A stretch of 64,000 nt of DNA, taken from NCBI GenBank assembly GCA_963707915.1, contig OY970178.1, positions 3,488,001-3,552,000 on the forward strand, given 5' to 3'. Shown here piece after piece: positions 1 through 8,639 of this stretch. Below the pieces are notes generated by a model that made no database searches, was not told where the DNA came from, and saw only the letters and a list, made by a program, of their open reading frames with translations. A program made the position numbers and the translations under genes. This DNA comes from Candidatus Eiseniibacteriota bacterium (GTDB lineage: Bacteria; Eisenbacteria; RBG-16-71-46). Every line of letters starts with the position of its first letter. Positions within the stretch are counted from its first letter, which is position 1.

Positions 1-1
1 G

Positions 2-3000
2 GACTCTCTCCCGCCGGCGTGGAAGAGCGCCTCCCGCCTCGCGCTGGAGGACCAGTTCGTCCTGGGGGTCCTGCGGCCGCTGCGCCTGCGCCCGCCCGGG
101 CTGAGGCTGAGCCCCGATCCGCGCTCCCTGCGCGTGACGATGGACCCCGACTCCGGCACGGTGAGCACGTCCCCGCGCCTGGGTGAGATCGCCCTGGGCC
201 CGGGCGCGGCGCGCTCGCTCTCGGCCTTCTCCCGCGAGACCGGCCGGCTCAGCTTCGAACGCTTGTGGCGCGAGACCTCGCAGAAGAACATCAACTCCAA
301 GGGCGTGGCCACGGGAGGGGGGGCCTCCCCGACCGGGCTGTCGTTCCGGCTGCCCTCCCCGCTGCCGGCGCGCATGCAGAACCTGCTCGGTCCCGGGGGG
401 CCGGCGCTGAACGCCTCGGGCTCGGAGAACATCCGGCTCTCCGGGCAGAGCGACTGGAGCAACCAGCAGATCGGCATGCTGGGCCAGCGGCGCTCGCTGT
501 TCCCGACGCTGAACATGCAGCAGGACCTGGACATCCGCCTCGAGGGGCAGCTCTCCGACCGCGTCAAGGTCAACCTGCTGCAGAACTCCGCCAGCCAGGT
601 CCCGCTCTCCAATCGCGTCGCCATCAACTACCGCGGCGGCGAGGACGACCTGGTCCAGGCGTTCGACCTGGGCAACACCAGCCTGACGTTGCCGGGCACC
701 CAGTACGTCTCCTACAGCGGCCGCAACGAGGGCCTCTACGGCGTCAAGGCCGCGCTGCGCTACGGGCCGCTCGACTTCACGATCCTGGCGAGCAAGCAGG
801 AGGGCAAGAGCGAGCGTGCGAGCTACACCGGCGGCGCCTCGAAACAGACCCAGACCCTGAGCGACTTCGACTACGTGCGCGGGACGTACTTCTTCCTCTA
901 CGACCCCAACCTTCCCGATCCGCGGGATTCCACGGTCCTGGCGCTCGACATCGACGACGCCAGCATCATGCTCTACCGCGACAACGCGGACTACACCGCC
1001 AACGTGACTTCGGTGCGCGGTCGCGCGCGGACGGATCCGGCCCTGGGCCCGGGCACGCCGCCCGACACGGCGGCGGTGCTCGGCTTCTACACGCCGCTGA
1101 CGGCCGGGGCGGACAAGGACTACGAGATCCTGCGCGACGTCTACGGCCCCGACTACAAGATCATCCGGCTCCGCCGGCAGATGGTGGGCGACCAGCGTCT
1201 CGCGGTGACCTACCGCGCGCGGCCGGCGGGCTCCCAGGGGGACTACGTGCAGGTGGGGAGCACCGAGCTGGTCGACGACCTCGACGGGGTGCCGACCATC
1301 CAGATGAAGCTGTTGCGCGCGCCCATCAGCCTGATCGTGCCCGACTCCACCGGCAAGGGGTTCGAGTCGAACCCCCGCCTGGCGCCCTTCAACGCGACGC
1401 GGGAGCTCGAGCTCAGGAACTTCTACCAGCTGGGCGGCCAGCGCATCGACCCCGGCACCATCAAGATCAACATCCGCCAGGGCTACACCGACCCGCCGCA
1501 GTACTCGGAGCCCGCCGCGCCCGGGATCCCGTACATCGAGATGCTGGGCCTCGACAACTTCGACGAGTCCGGCGGCTCGGCGGTCCGCGGCGCCCACGAC
1601 AACAAGGTGGACGGGACGGTGGCGAGCTCGAACACCCGCGCCTTCGTGGACTTCGAGGAGGGCACGCTCTTCATGCCCGACGTGCGCCCGTTCGCGCCGC
1701 GGATCGGTTACCGGGACGGAAGGCCCGAGAAGCCCTTCGACCGGGCGATCGCCAACCTGCTGTCCCGGCGCGACTCGCTCGACTCCTCGAAGCCGGACCC
1801 GCACACCAGCGCCGGCGGCCTGGACCAGGCCGCCGCCAACGCGGCGATCTACGACGACTACAACCCGCGCCGCGACCTCGCCTCGACCTACTTCATCGAC
1901 GTGGAGTTCACCGCGGCCCAGACCCAGGGCGAGATCCCGCTGGGTCGCGGCAACCTGCTCGAGGGCTCCGAGGTCGTCGCGGTGAACGGCGAGCAGTGGG
2001 TGCGCGACAAGGACTACACGATCGACTACGACCTCGGCCGCCTCACGCTCAAGCGCCAGATGCCGACCGGCGGCCAGCTCAACGTGAACTACTCCTACGC
2101 GCCGCTGTTCCAGCAGGCCGGGCGCACGCTGGTCGGGAGCGCGTTCCGCCTCGAGGGGCGCGACCGGAGCTTCGGCGGGGCGTTCATGTACGAGAGCAAG
2201 GGCTCGCAGGACCTTCGTCCCCGGCTGGGGGAGGAGCCCTCGCGCAGCCTCATCACCGACCTCAACACCGAGTGGACGTTCCGCCCGGGCTGGATGACCC
2301 GGATGGTGGACCGCCTGCCCGGGATCCGCACCACCGCCGCCTCGGAGCTCCACGTGCAGGCCGAGGTGGGCATGTCGTTCCCCAATCCCAACACCAAGAA
2401 CGAGGTCTTCATCGACGACATGGAGGGCGTGCGCGACGCGGTCTCCCTGACGATGGCGCAGGAGCGCTGGCACAGCGCGAGCGTGCCCCGCCTCGAGGTG
2501 GCGCCGGGGGTGAGCGTGCCGCTCACGGACCCGGGGGTGGAGACGGGCTTCGAGACCCACGGGCTCCACAACACCGAACTGCACTGGTACTCCCCGCCCA
2601 GCTTCGTCAAGGAACGCGACCTCAAGCCCGACCTCAGCGACGCCCAGGGGGCGCGCAACCCGCGCCAGGTGCTGTGCCTGAGCGTGCCGCGGCGGCCGAC
2701 CCTGGGGGTCAGCGATTCCACCCGCCTGTGGGCGGGCGTGGACTACATGCTCGACCCGGTGGGCCTGGACCTGTCGCGCTCGCAATTCATCGAGCTGTGG
2801 GTGAACGACTTCCGGGACCAGCACGCCACCGACGGGAAGGGCCGCGTGCGCGGGCGCCACGTCAAGCTCCACGTCGACCTGGGCGCGATGAGCGAGGACC
2901 AGATGCGCTCGCCGGACCAGCCGCCCAACGGCCTGCTGGACACCGAGGACAAGCACCGCGACAACACCCTCACGGCGGAGGAAGACACGGGGTTCGACGG

Positions 3001-6000
3001 GCTGATGAACCCCGACTCGGGCAAGACGCGCGACCTCACCACCTCGAATCCCACGGATCCCGAGGGCGACGACTTCCACCCGCCGAACGACATCGTGTCC
3101 CGGGACGAGGCGCGCTCCATCGATCCGCGCAACTGGGTGTCCGTGAACGGCACCGAGGGCAACCGCACCATCAACCCCCAGCCCGACACCGAGGACCAGA
3201 ACCTGAACGGTGCGCTGGACACCAGCAATGACTACTACGAGTACACCATCGACCTGGGCGACGAGCAGAGCCTCCCGTCCGACACCTCCTACCTGGTGAC
3301 GGACGTCCACGCGGCCTTCCCGGCCACCGCCGAGGACAACGGCTGGCGCCGCTACCGGATCCCGATCGCCGACTCCCGCGCCGTGAAGTTCGGGAATCCC
3401 AACCTGTCGATGGCCCAGCGCGTGCGGGTCTGGATCCAGGGGATGGTGGAGACGGACGAGTCGCCGGCGGACATCCGCAAGCCGCTGCTCATGCTGGGCG
3501 GGCTGGAGATCGTGGGCAGCCGCTGGCAGCAGGCCGCGCTCGACACGGCGTCGCAGCGGGCGGGCACGACGATGACGCTGAACGCGGTGAACTCGCTGGA
3601 CAACGCCGACGTCTACGTGCCGCCCTTCGACCCCGGGCAGACGCGCAACGGCAACCAGGAGCTCACCCGCCGCGAGCAGTCCATGAGCCTGGAGTTCACC
3701 AACCTGCAGGCCGACGCGACGCTGGAGACCTTCAAGACCTTCTCGCTGGACGAGAACTACAGCCGCTACGGCCGGCTCGCCTGGTACGTCGCCGCCTTCG
3801 ACCTGCGCGACGCGGCCAACAGCCCCTGCATCTCGACCCCCGGGCTGTCCTACTTCGTGCGCTTCGCTTCGGACGAGCAGGGGCGCAACTACTACGAGTA
3901 CCGGGCGAGCCTGCCGGCCAACTCGAGCGCGAAGCAGGTCTCCTGGAGCGACATCCGCATGAAGCTCACCGACCTGTCCAACCTCAAGCTGAACTCGGAC
4001 TTCCAGAAGGCCGACCCGAACCGTTACGGCGTGGCCGGCGCGGCCCCGGGGGAGAGCCTATTCGTCATCGGCCGGCCCTCGTTCACCCGGCTCCGGCGCA
4101 TCTCGTTCGGGCTCGTGAACCGCGGCGGGTCGACCTACCGCTCGGGACAGCTGTGGCTCGACGAGATGCGGGCCACGGACGTGGCGAAGGACGTGGACCA
4201 CGCCCAGCGCGTCCAGATCAACGGGCAGCTGGCCAACCTGGTGAGCTACAACCTGGCGTGGAACGGGCGCGGGGCGGACTTCCTCTCGGTGGGGGAGAGT
4301 CGCGGGCCGGGAAGTTCGTTCGACCAGTTCTCGTGGAGCACCGCGATCCAACCGCACCGCTTCTTCGAGCAGACGCGGATCTCGCTGCCCGTCAACCTCG
4401 CCTACACGCGCAACAGTTCGCGGCCGCGCTTCAGCGCCGGCGACGACATCATCCGCACCGGGGCCCTCGAGGCGGCCAGCGAGACCCGGAACGAGTCGCG
4501 CACGTTCGGCACCAGCTACTCGCGCGCCTGGAGCGAGCGCTCCAACCCGTTCCTGCGCTACACCCTCGGCGGCATCACCGCCAGCTACAGCCAGACCGAG
4601 TCCAAGAACCGCAGTCCCTATTCGGTGGACAGCAGCGTCGTCAAGTCCGCGATGGTGAGCTACCTCATCGCGCCCCGGAAGCTGCTCGCGTTCGGGATCC
4701 CGATGAGCAAGGCCCGCTTCTACCTCCTGCCGGAGCGGGCCTACTGGAACTACTCGGTCAGCACCAACCGCAACGTCGCCTTCGACCGCGTGGGTGCGCT
4801 GCGCGACTCGCTCCGCAAGCGCAGCGACGTGACCGGCCGGACCGCGTTCGTGAACTTCGGCGCCGACTCGCGGCCCATCGAGCTCTTCCACCACCACATC
4901 GATGGGGTCCGCAACCTGGTGCTGCCCCTGAGGAACGACCGGATCGGCTTCATCAACCTGGGCCGCGTGACGAGCTGGCGGCAGAACATGGACGCGCGAT
5001 ACAGCGTCGCGCGCGGGAACTGGCTGCGGCCGACGTTCTCGTGGACCTCGGCCTACAACCAGAACAACGGCCCCGAGCTGTCGAGCGACCTGAGCCTGCG
5101 CTCGGTGAGCAACGGCCAGACGCTGAGCATGACCATGGACCTGCCCTTCGCGCGGTTCGCGGAAGGGCGTCCGGGCCCGGGGCCCGGACGGCCCGGGCGC
5201 GCGCGCCCGCCGGGGCCGGGCGACGGGACCGACACCACCGCTCCGGACGAGCCCGACGGCGGGCCGCCGGAGAGTCCCGGCATGGAGCCCCCCGCCGGCG
5301 CACGGCCGGCGCGCGCCGACGAGGCCCGTGGCGGCCCCTCCGCCGGCGCACGGCCGGCGCGCGCCGACGAGGCCCGTGGCGGGCCCTCCGCCGGCGCACG
5401 GCCGGCGCGCGCCGACGAGGCCAGTGGCGCACCGCCCGCCGGTGCCGGCCCCCGGGTCGCGCTGCCGGCCGCCGTCGCGTTCTCGCGCTTCGACGACGTC
5501 CCGGTCGCGCCTCCCGTGCTCGACGTCACGCGCCTCGACGGCGCGTGGGTGGCGCGCTTCGACAGCGCTCGGACGGCGCTGTTCGGCAGCGCGCGGGTGG
5601 CGCTCTTCGATCTCGCCCGGCTCGCGCGCCTCGACGCCGCGCGCGAAGCGCGGCTGGACGGCGCGGGGGCGGGGCCGCTGGGCAGCGCACGGGTGGCGCT
5701 CTTCGATCGCGCCCGCGCCGCCCGCCTGGACAGCGCCCGGGCAGCGCTCCTGGGCAGCGCGCGGGTGGCGCTCTACGACCGCGCCCGGGTCGGGTTCCTC
5801 GACCGGGCCCACGAGGCGCTCCGCGACAGCGCGCGGGTGGCGCTGTTCGGCAGCGCGCGGGTGGCGCTGTTCGAGACCGCCCGCGTCGCGCTCCCCGACG
5901 CCGGTCGCGTCGCGACCGCCGGCGCGCCCCGCGAGGCCCTCCTCGACAGCGCGCGTGCCGGGATCGACCGGCCGCGTCCGGCCGGGGACCGGCTGCGCAC

Positions 6001-6967
6001 GCTGTTCGGCGGGCTGCGGCCCAGCCTGTCGTGGCGCGGGCTCCTGGCTTCGCTGGGCACCATCACGACGGACGCGGGGTTGAACCGCTCGAGCGCCTAC
6101 AGCCGGCTCATGGGCACTCCCGGGTTCGCCTACCTGTTCGGGTTCTCGAGCCGGCTCGATTCGGCGCGGATGCGGCCCGCGTTCGGCAACGGCTCGTCGG
6201 TCTCGACCGACTGGCGGGTGGGGGCCCGGACCCGCATGCGGCTTCCCTTCGGCGGCTCCGCCAACACGCGCTTCGACCTCACCGGCCGCCTGTACGACAA
6301 TAGCGGGATGAAGAACCGGACGCAGACCCTCCGCTATCCCGACGCCGAGATCGAGTACGGACAGGTGGCCAGCGTGCTGCGCATCGACCGCGTGCTCAGC
6401 ACCCCCCAGATGCGCACCACCTACGGCCGTTCCCAGACCACCGAGTTCGCCAACAACCGCCCGACCGCCTCCAGCCGCTCGTCGGTCAGCGAGTGGCGGC
6501 CGCTCTTCGGCCTGACCGGAAGCCTGAAGAGCGGGACGCGCCTCGAGTTCAAGACCGACCGGAGGGTCACCGAGACCGAGAACCTCCTGCTCGGCCACTC
6601 GCTGACCACCAACCGCACGACCACGACCTACTTCAGCGTCACGCGCTCCTACTCCAAGGGCCAGAAGGTGAAGTTCCTGGGCAAGGAGAAGACGGTCAGC
6701 AGCACGGTCAGCGTGGGGCTCAACGGCCAGTACGAGACCCAGACCGGCGAGACCCGCTCGTTCGCCGACGCCTCGCGGAAGACCGAAACTGGCACTCGCT
6801 TCCCGACCAGCGAGAGCCGGCTCTCCCTGAACGGCACCGGGTCCTACTCGTTCAGCACCAACGTCACCGGGAACCTCGCACTCGGCTATGGAGAGAACAA
6901 TGACCGCCAGAAGGGGTTCAAACGCAAGAACGTGCGGGTCGAGCTGCGCGCGCAGTTCACGTTCTAG
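2..6967 (+). CDS. sprA: SprA/Sov-like cell-surface protein (type IX secretion translocon-like giant beta-barrel), 5'-truncated by the window edge
   Basis: The frame is open from base 2 through the ORF-track start at 134, giving >2300 aa. SprA-like segments include 'DLGNTSLTLPG', 'GSEVVAVNGEQWVRDKDYTIDYDLG', 'FIDDMEG', 'EDTGFDG', 'DTEDQNLNGALD', 'GWRRYRIPI' and 'LWLDEMR'. It ends in the OMP-type signal 'ELRAQFTF'. Confidence 0.85.
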   Translation, partial: DSLPPAWKSASRLALEDQFVLGVLRPLRLRPPGLRLSPDPRSLRVTMDPDSGTVSTSPRLGEIALGPGAARSLSAFSRETGRLSFERLWRETSQKNINSKGVATGGGASPTGLSFRLPSPLPARMQNLLGPGGPALNASGSENIRLSGQSDWSNQQIGMLGQRRSLFPTLNMQQDLDIRLEGQLSDRVKVNLLQNSASQVPLSNRVAINYRGGEDDLVQAFDLGNTSLTLPGTQYVSYSGRNEGLYGVKAALRYGPLDFTILASKQEGKSERASYTGGASKQTQTLSDFDYVRGTYFFLYDPNLPDPRDSTVLALDIDDASIMLYRDNADYTANVTSVRGRARTDPALGPGTPPDTAAVLGFYTPLTAGADKDYEILRDVYGPDYKIIRLRRQMVGDQRLAVTYRARPAGSQGDYVQVGSTELVDDLDGVPTIQMKLLRAPISLIVPDSTGKGFESNPRLAPFNATRELELRNFYQLGGQRIDPGTIKINIRQGYTDPPQYSEPAAPGIPYIEMLGLDNFDESGGSAVRGAHDNKVDGTVASSNTRAFVDFEEGTLFMPDVRPFAPRIGYRDGRPEKPFDRAIANLLSRRDSLDSSKPDPHTSAGGLDQAAANAAIYDDYNPRRDLASTYFIDVEFTAAQTQGEIPLGRGNLLEGSEVVAVNGEQWVRDKDYTIDYDLGRLTLKRQMPTGGQLNVNYSYAPLFQQAGRTLVGSAFRLEGRDRSFGGAFMYESKGSQDLRPRLGEEPSRSLITDLNTEWTFRPGWMTRMVDRLPGIRTTAASELHVQAEVGMSFPNPNTKNEVFIDDMEGVRDAVSLTMAQERWHSASVPRLEVAPGVSVPLTDPGVETGFETHGLHNTELHWYSPPSFVKERDLKPDLSDAQGARNPRQVLCLSVPRRPTLGVSDSTRLWAGVDYMLDPVGLDLSRSQFIELWVNDFRDQHATDGKGRVRGRHVKLHVDLGAMSEDQMRSPDQPPNGLLDTEDKHRDNTLTAEEDTGFDGLMNPDSGKTRDLTTSNPTDPEGDDFHPPNDIVSRDEARSIDPRNWVSVNGTEGNRTINPQPDTEDQNLNGALDTSNDYYEYTIDLGDEQSLPSDTSYLVTDVHAAFPATAEDNGWRRYRIPIADSRAVKFGNPNLSMAQRVRVWIQGMVETDESPADIRKPLLMLGGLEIVGSRWQQAALDTASQRAGTTMTLNAVNSLDNADVYVPPFDPGQTRNGNQELTRREQSMSLEFTNLQADATLETFKTFSLDENYSRYGRLAWYVAAFDLRDAANSPCISTPGLSYFVRFASDEQGRNYYEYRASLPANSSAKQVSWSDIRMKLTDLSNLKLNSDFQKADPNRYGVAGAAPGESLFVIGRPSFTRLRRISFGLVNRGGSTYRSGQLWLDEMRATDVAKDVDHAQRVQINGQLANLVSYNLAWNGRGADFLSVGESRGPGSSFDQFSWSTAIQPHRFFEQTRISLPVNLAYTRNSSRPRFSAGDDIIRTGALEAASETRNESRTFGTSYSRAWSERSNPFLRYTLGGITASYSQTESKNRSPYSVDSSVVKSAMVSYLIAPRKLLAFGIPMSKARFYLLPERAYWNYSVSTNRNVAFDRVGALRDSLRKRSDVTGRTAFVNFGADSRPIELFHHHIDGVRNLVLPLRNDRIGFINLGRVTSWRQNMDARYSVARGNWLRPTFSWTSAYNQNNGPELSSDLSLRSVSNGQTLSMTMDLPFARFAEGRPGPGPGRPGRARPPGPGDGTDTTAPDEPDGGPPESPGMEPPAGARPARADEARGGPSAGARPARADEARGGPSAGARPARADEASGAPPAGAGPRVALPAAVAFSRFDDVPVAPPVLDVTRLDGAWVARFDSARTALFGSARVALFDLARLARLDAAREARLDGAGAGPLGSARVALFDRARAARLDSARAALLGSARVALYDRARVGFLDRAHEALRDSARVALFGSARVALFETARVALPDAGRVATAGAPREALLDSARAGIDRPRPAGDRLRTLFGGLRPSLSWRGLLASLGTITTDAGLNRSSAYSRLMGTPGFAYLFGFSSRLDSARMRPAFGNGSSVSTDWRVGARTRMRLPFGGSANTRFDLTGRLYDNSGMKNRTQTLRYPDAEIEYGQVASVLRIDRVLSTPQMRTTYGRSQTTEFANNRPTASSRSSVSEWRPLFGLTGSLKSGTRLEFKTDRRVTETENLLLGHSLTTNRTTTTYFSVTRSYSKGQKVKFLGKEKTVSSTVSVGLNGQYETQTGETRSFADASRKTETGTRFPTSESRLSLNGTGSYSFSTNVTGNLALGYGENNDRQKGFKRKNVRVELRAQFTF
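5294..5443 (+). repeat. 48-bp tandem repeat (3 copies) inside sprA, encoding AGARPARADEARGGPS
   Basis: Units start at 5294, 5342 and 5390 with near-identical DNA (gccggcgcacggccggcgcgcgccgacgaggcc...). Confidence 0.95.
5531..5962 (+). repeat. Degenerate 24-bp/octapeptide repeat (about 18 units, consensus L-F-D/G-S-A-R-V-A) inside sprA
   Basis: RLDGAWVA RFDSARTA LFGSARVA LFDLARLA RLDAAREA RLDGAGAG PLGSARVA LFDRARAA RLDSARAA LLGSARVA LYDRARVG FLDRAHEA LRDSARVA LFGSARVA LFETARVA LPDAGRVA TAGAPREA LLDSARAG, all in exact 8-residue register. Confidence 0.9.
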
Positions 6968-6971
6968 GCGC

Positions 6972-7889
6972 GTGGACCGCGCCCTTCGGCTCCTCGTCCT
7001 GGCCGCCGCGCTCGCCGCTCCGGCCGGCTGTGCCGCCCGGCCCGACGTGGACGGCGCGCGCGCGCAGGCCCGGGTCGTCTTCCAGGTCGCGGCGGGAGCG
7101 CGCGTGCCCGGCAGCGCCGCCCACGCGCGCATCATCGAGTGGCTGGACGGCGAGCTGGCCCGGCTCGGCGGCCGGGTCGAACGGCAGGCCTTCACCGATT
7201 CCTCGCTCGGCCGGCCGCTCGCGCTCACCAACGTCATCGGGCGCTTCGGGCCCGCCCGCGGGCCGGGGATCGTCCTGTGCGCGCACTGGGACAGCCGGGC
7301 CCGGGCGGACCAGGACCCGGACCCGGCGTACCGGGACCTGCCGGTGCCGGGCGCGAACGACGGCGCCTCGGGGGTGGCGGTGCTGCTGGAGGTCGCCGAG
7401 CTCATGAGTCGCCGGCCGCCACCGATGCCGGTGGAGCTGGTCTTCTTCGACGGCGAGGACCAGGGGAGCGCGACCGAGCCGCAGGGGTTCTGCCTCGGGG
7501 CGAAGCACTACGCGCGCCAGCTCTCGAACCGGGCCGAGAAGCCGCTGGCGGCCTTCCTGTTCGACATGGTGGGGGACCGGGACCTCGAGATCCACCCCGA
7601 GCTCCAATCGGCCGAGCGGGCGGCGAACCTGGTGGCGCTGGTCCTGGATGGCGCCCGGGCCACGGGGGCCGGCCAGTTCAAGGCCGACCCGCGCTACTCC
7701 ATCACGGACGACCACGTCCCGTTGCTCGACGCCGGGGTCCCCGCGGTGGACATCATCGACTTCGACTACCCGGCCTGGCACACCCACCGCGACCTGCCCG
7801 ACCAGACGTCCCCGGCCAGCCTTGCCGCCGTGTCCCGGGTGGCGGCCTGGATCGTGTACCGCTCGCCCCTGACACGCGCCACGCGCTGA
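6972..7889 (+). CDS. M28 family metallopeptidase, glutaminyl-peptide cyclotransferase-like lipoprotein
   Basis: GTG at 6972 lies 4 nt after the sprA stop. It has a lipobox-like 'LAAPAGC' and the motifs AHWDSR, GANDGASG, DGED, DMVG, ITDDH and WHT. Confidence 0.8.
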   Translation: MDRALRLLVLAAALAAPAGCAARPDVDGARAQARVVFQVAAGARVPGSAAHARIIEWLDGELARLGGRVERQAFTDSSLGRPLALTNVIGRFGPARGPGIVLCAHWDSRARADQDPDPAYRDLPVPGANDGASGVAVLLEVAELMSRRPPPMPVELVFFDGEDQGSATEPQGFCLGAKHYARQLSNRAEKPLAAFLFDMVGDRDLEIHPELQSAERAANLVALVLDGARATGAGQFKADPRYSITDDHVPLLDAGVPAVDIIDFDYPAWHTHRDLPDQTSPASLAAVSRVAAWIVYRSPLTRATR

Positions 7890-8005
7890 GCCCCGCGGTG
7901 CCGGGGCCCAACTCCTTGGTGTGAAGAGGGTTGAGTTTCGCTCCCGCCGGGCCCCCCGGGAGACAGGCAGAGCTTGCCGGACGCGCTCCGCGGACCTAAG
8001 CTCAC

Positions 8006-8034
8006 TTGCCGATTCCGGGCCACTCGGTTATCGT
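8006..8034 (+). promoter_or_regulatory. Sigma70-type promoter of the rimP-nusA-infB operon
   Basis: TTGCCG (8006-8011), 17-nt spacer, TATCGT (8029-8034). Confidence 0.6.
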
Positions 8035-8042
8035 GCGCGCAA

Positions 8043-8074
8043 GGAGTGGGTTCGGCGCGACCACTCCGTTTTTT
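8043..8074 (+). terminator. rimP leader attenuator hairpin
   Basis: Stem GGAGTGG (8043-8049)/CCACTCC (8061-8067) followed by GTTTTTT, between the promoter and the rimP start. This matches the known rimP-leader position. Confidence 0.7.
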
Positions 8075-8093
8075 GTCCTTATCCGGAGCCAAG

Positions 8094-8639
8094 TTGGAAG
8101 TTCGAGAGGAAGTCCGTCAACTCGCGGCGCCGTTGGCCGGCGAGGCGGGCTTCGAGTTGGTCGATGTCGAGTTCGTCGTGCAGGGCCGGCAGCGCGTCAT
8201 CCGCGTCCTGCTGGACAAGCCCGGCGGCGTGACGCTGGGCGATTGTGCGGTTTTCAGCCGTCACTTGGGCGACTGCCTCGACATGAACCAGACGGTGGCG
8301 GGCAAGAGCTACCGGCTCGAGGTCAGTTCGCCGGGCATGGACCGGCCGATCACGAGCCTGGAAACGGTCGCCCGTTTCGCGGGCCGGCGCGTGACGTTGT
8401 CGAGCGTGATGCCGCGCGATGGCCGGCGGAACTACGACGGTGTGTTGCTCGGACCCGCGGGGACGACCCTCGGAGTCCGGACCGAAGACGAAGTGGAGCA
8501 CTGGTTCGACTGGACCGAGGTGAAGGTGGTCCGGCTGGCCGTGGACCCGTGGGAAGAGGCGCGGAACGCTCGCGGGGCCGGCTCGCCCGCGCGTGAGCGC
8601 GGGGCCGGGTCACGGCGACCGCGCGGGGGGTCTCGATGA
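8094..8639 (+). CDS. rimP: Ribosome maturation factor RimP
   Basis: TTG start after GGAG. Motifs 'GFELVDVE', 'LDKPGGVTLGDC' and 'YRLEVSSPGMDRP'. Lies upstream of nusA. Confidence 0.93.
   Translation: MEVREEVRQLAAPLAGEAGFELVDVEFVVQGRQRVIRVLLDKPGGVTLGDCAVFSRHLGDCLDMNQTVAGKSYRLEVSSPGMDRPITSLETVARFAGRRVTLSSVMPRDGRRNYDGVLLGPAGTTLGVRTEDEVEHWFDWTEVKVVRLAVDPWEEARNARGAGSPARERGAGSRRPRGGSR

Noticed and set aside
5294..5962. Possible CRISPR array
   Set aside because: The repeats are contiguous, in-frame and protein-coding, with no unique spacers and no cas genes.
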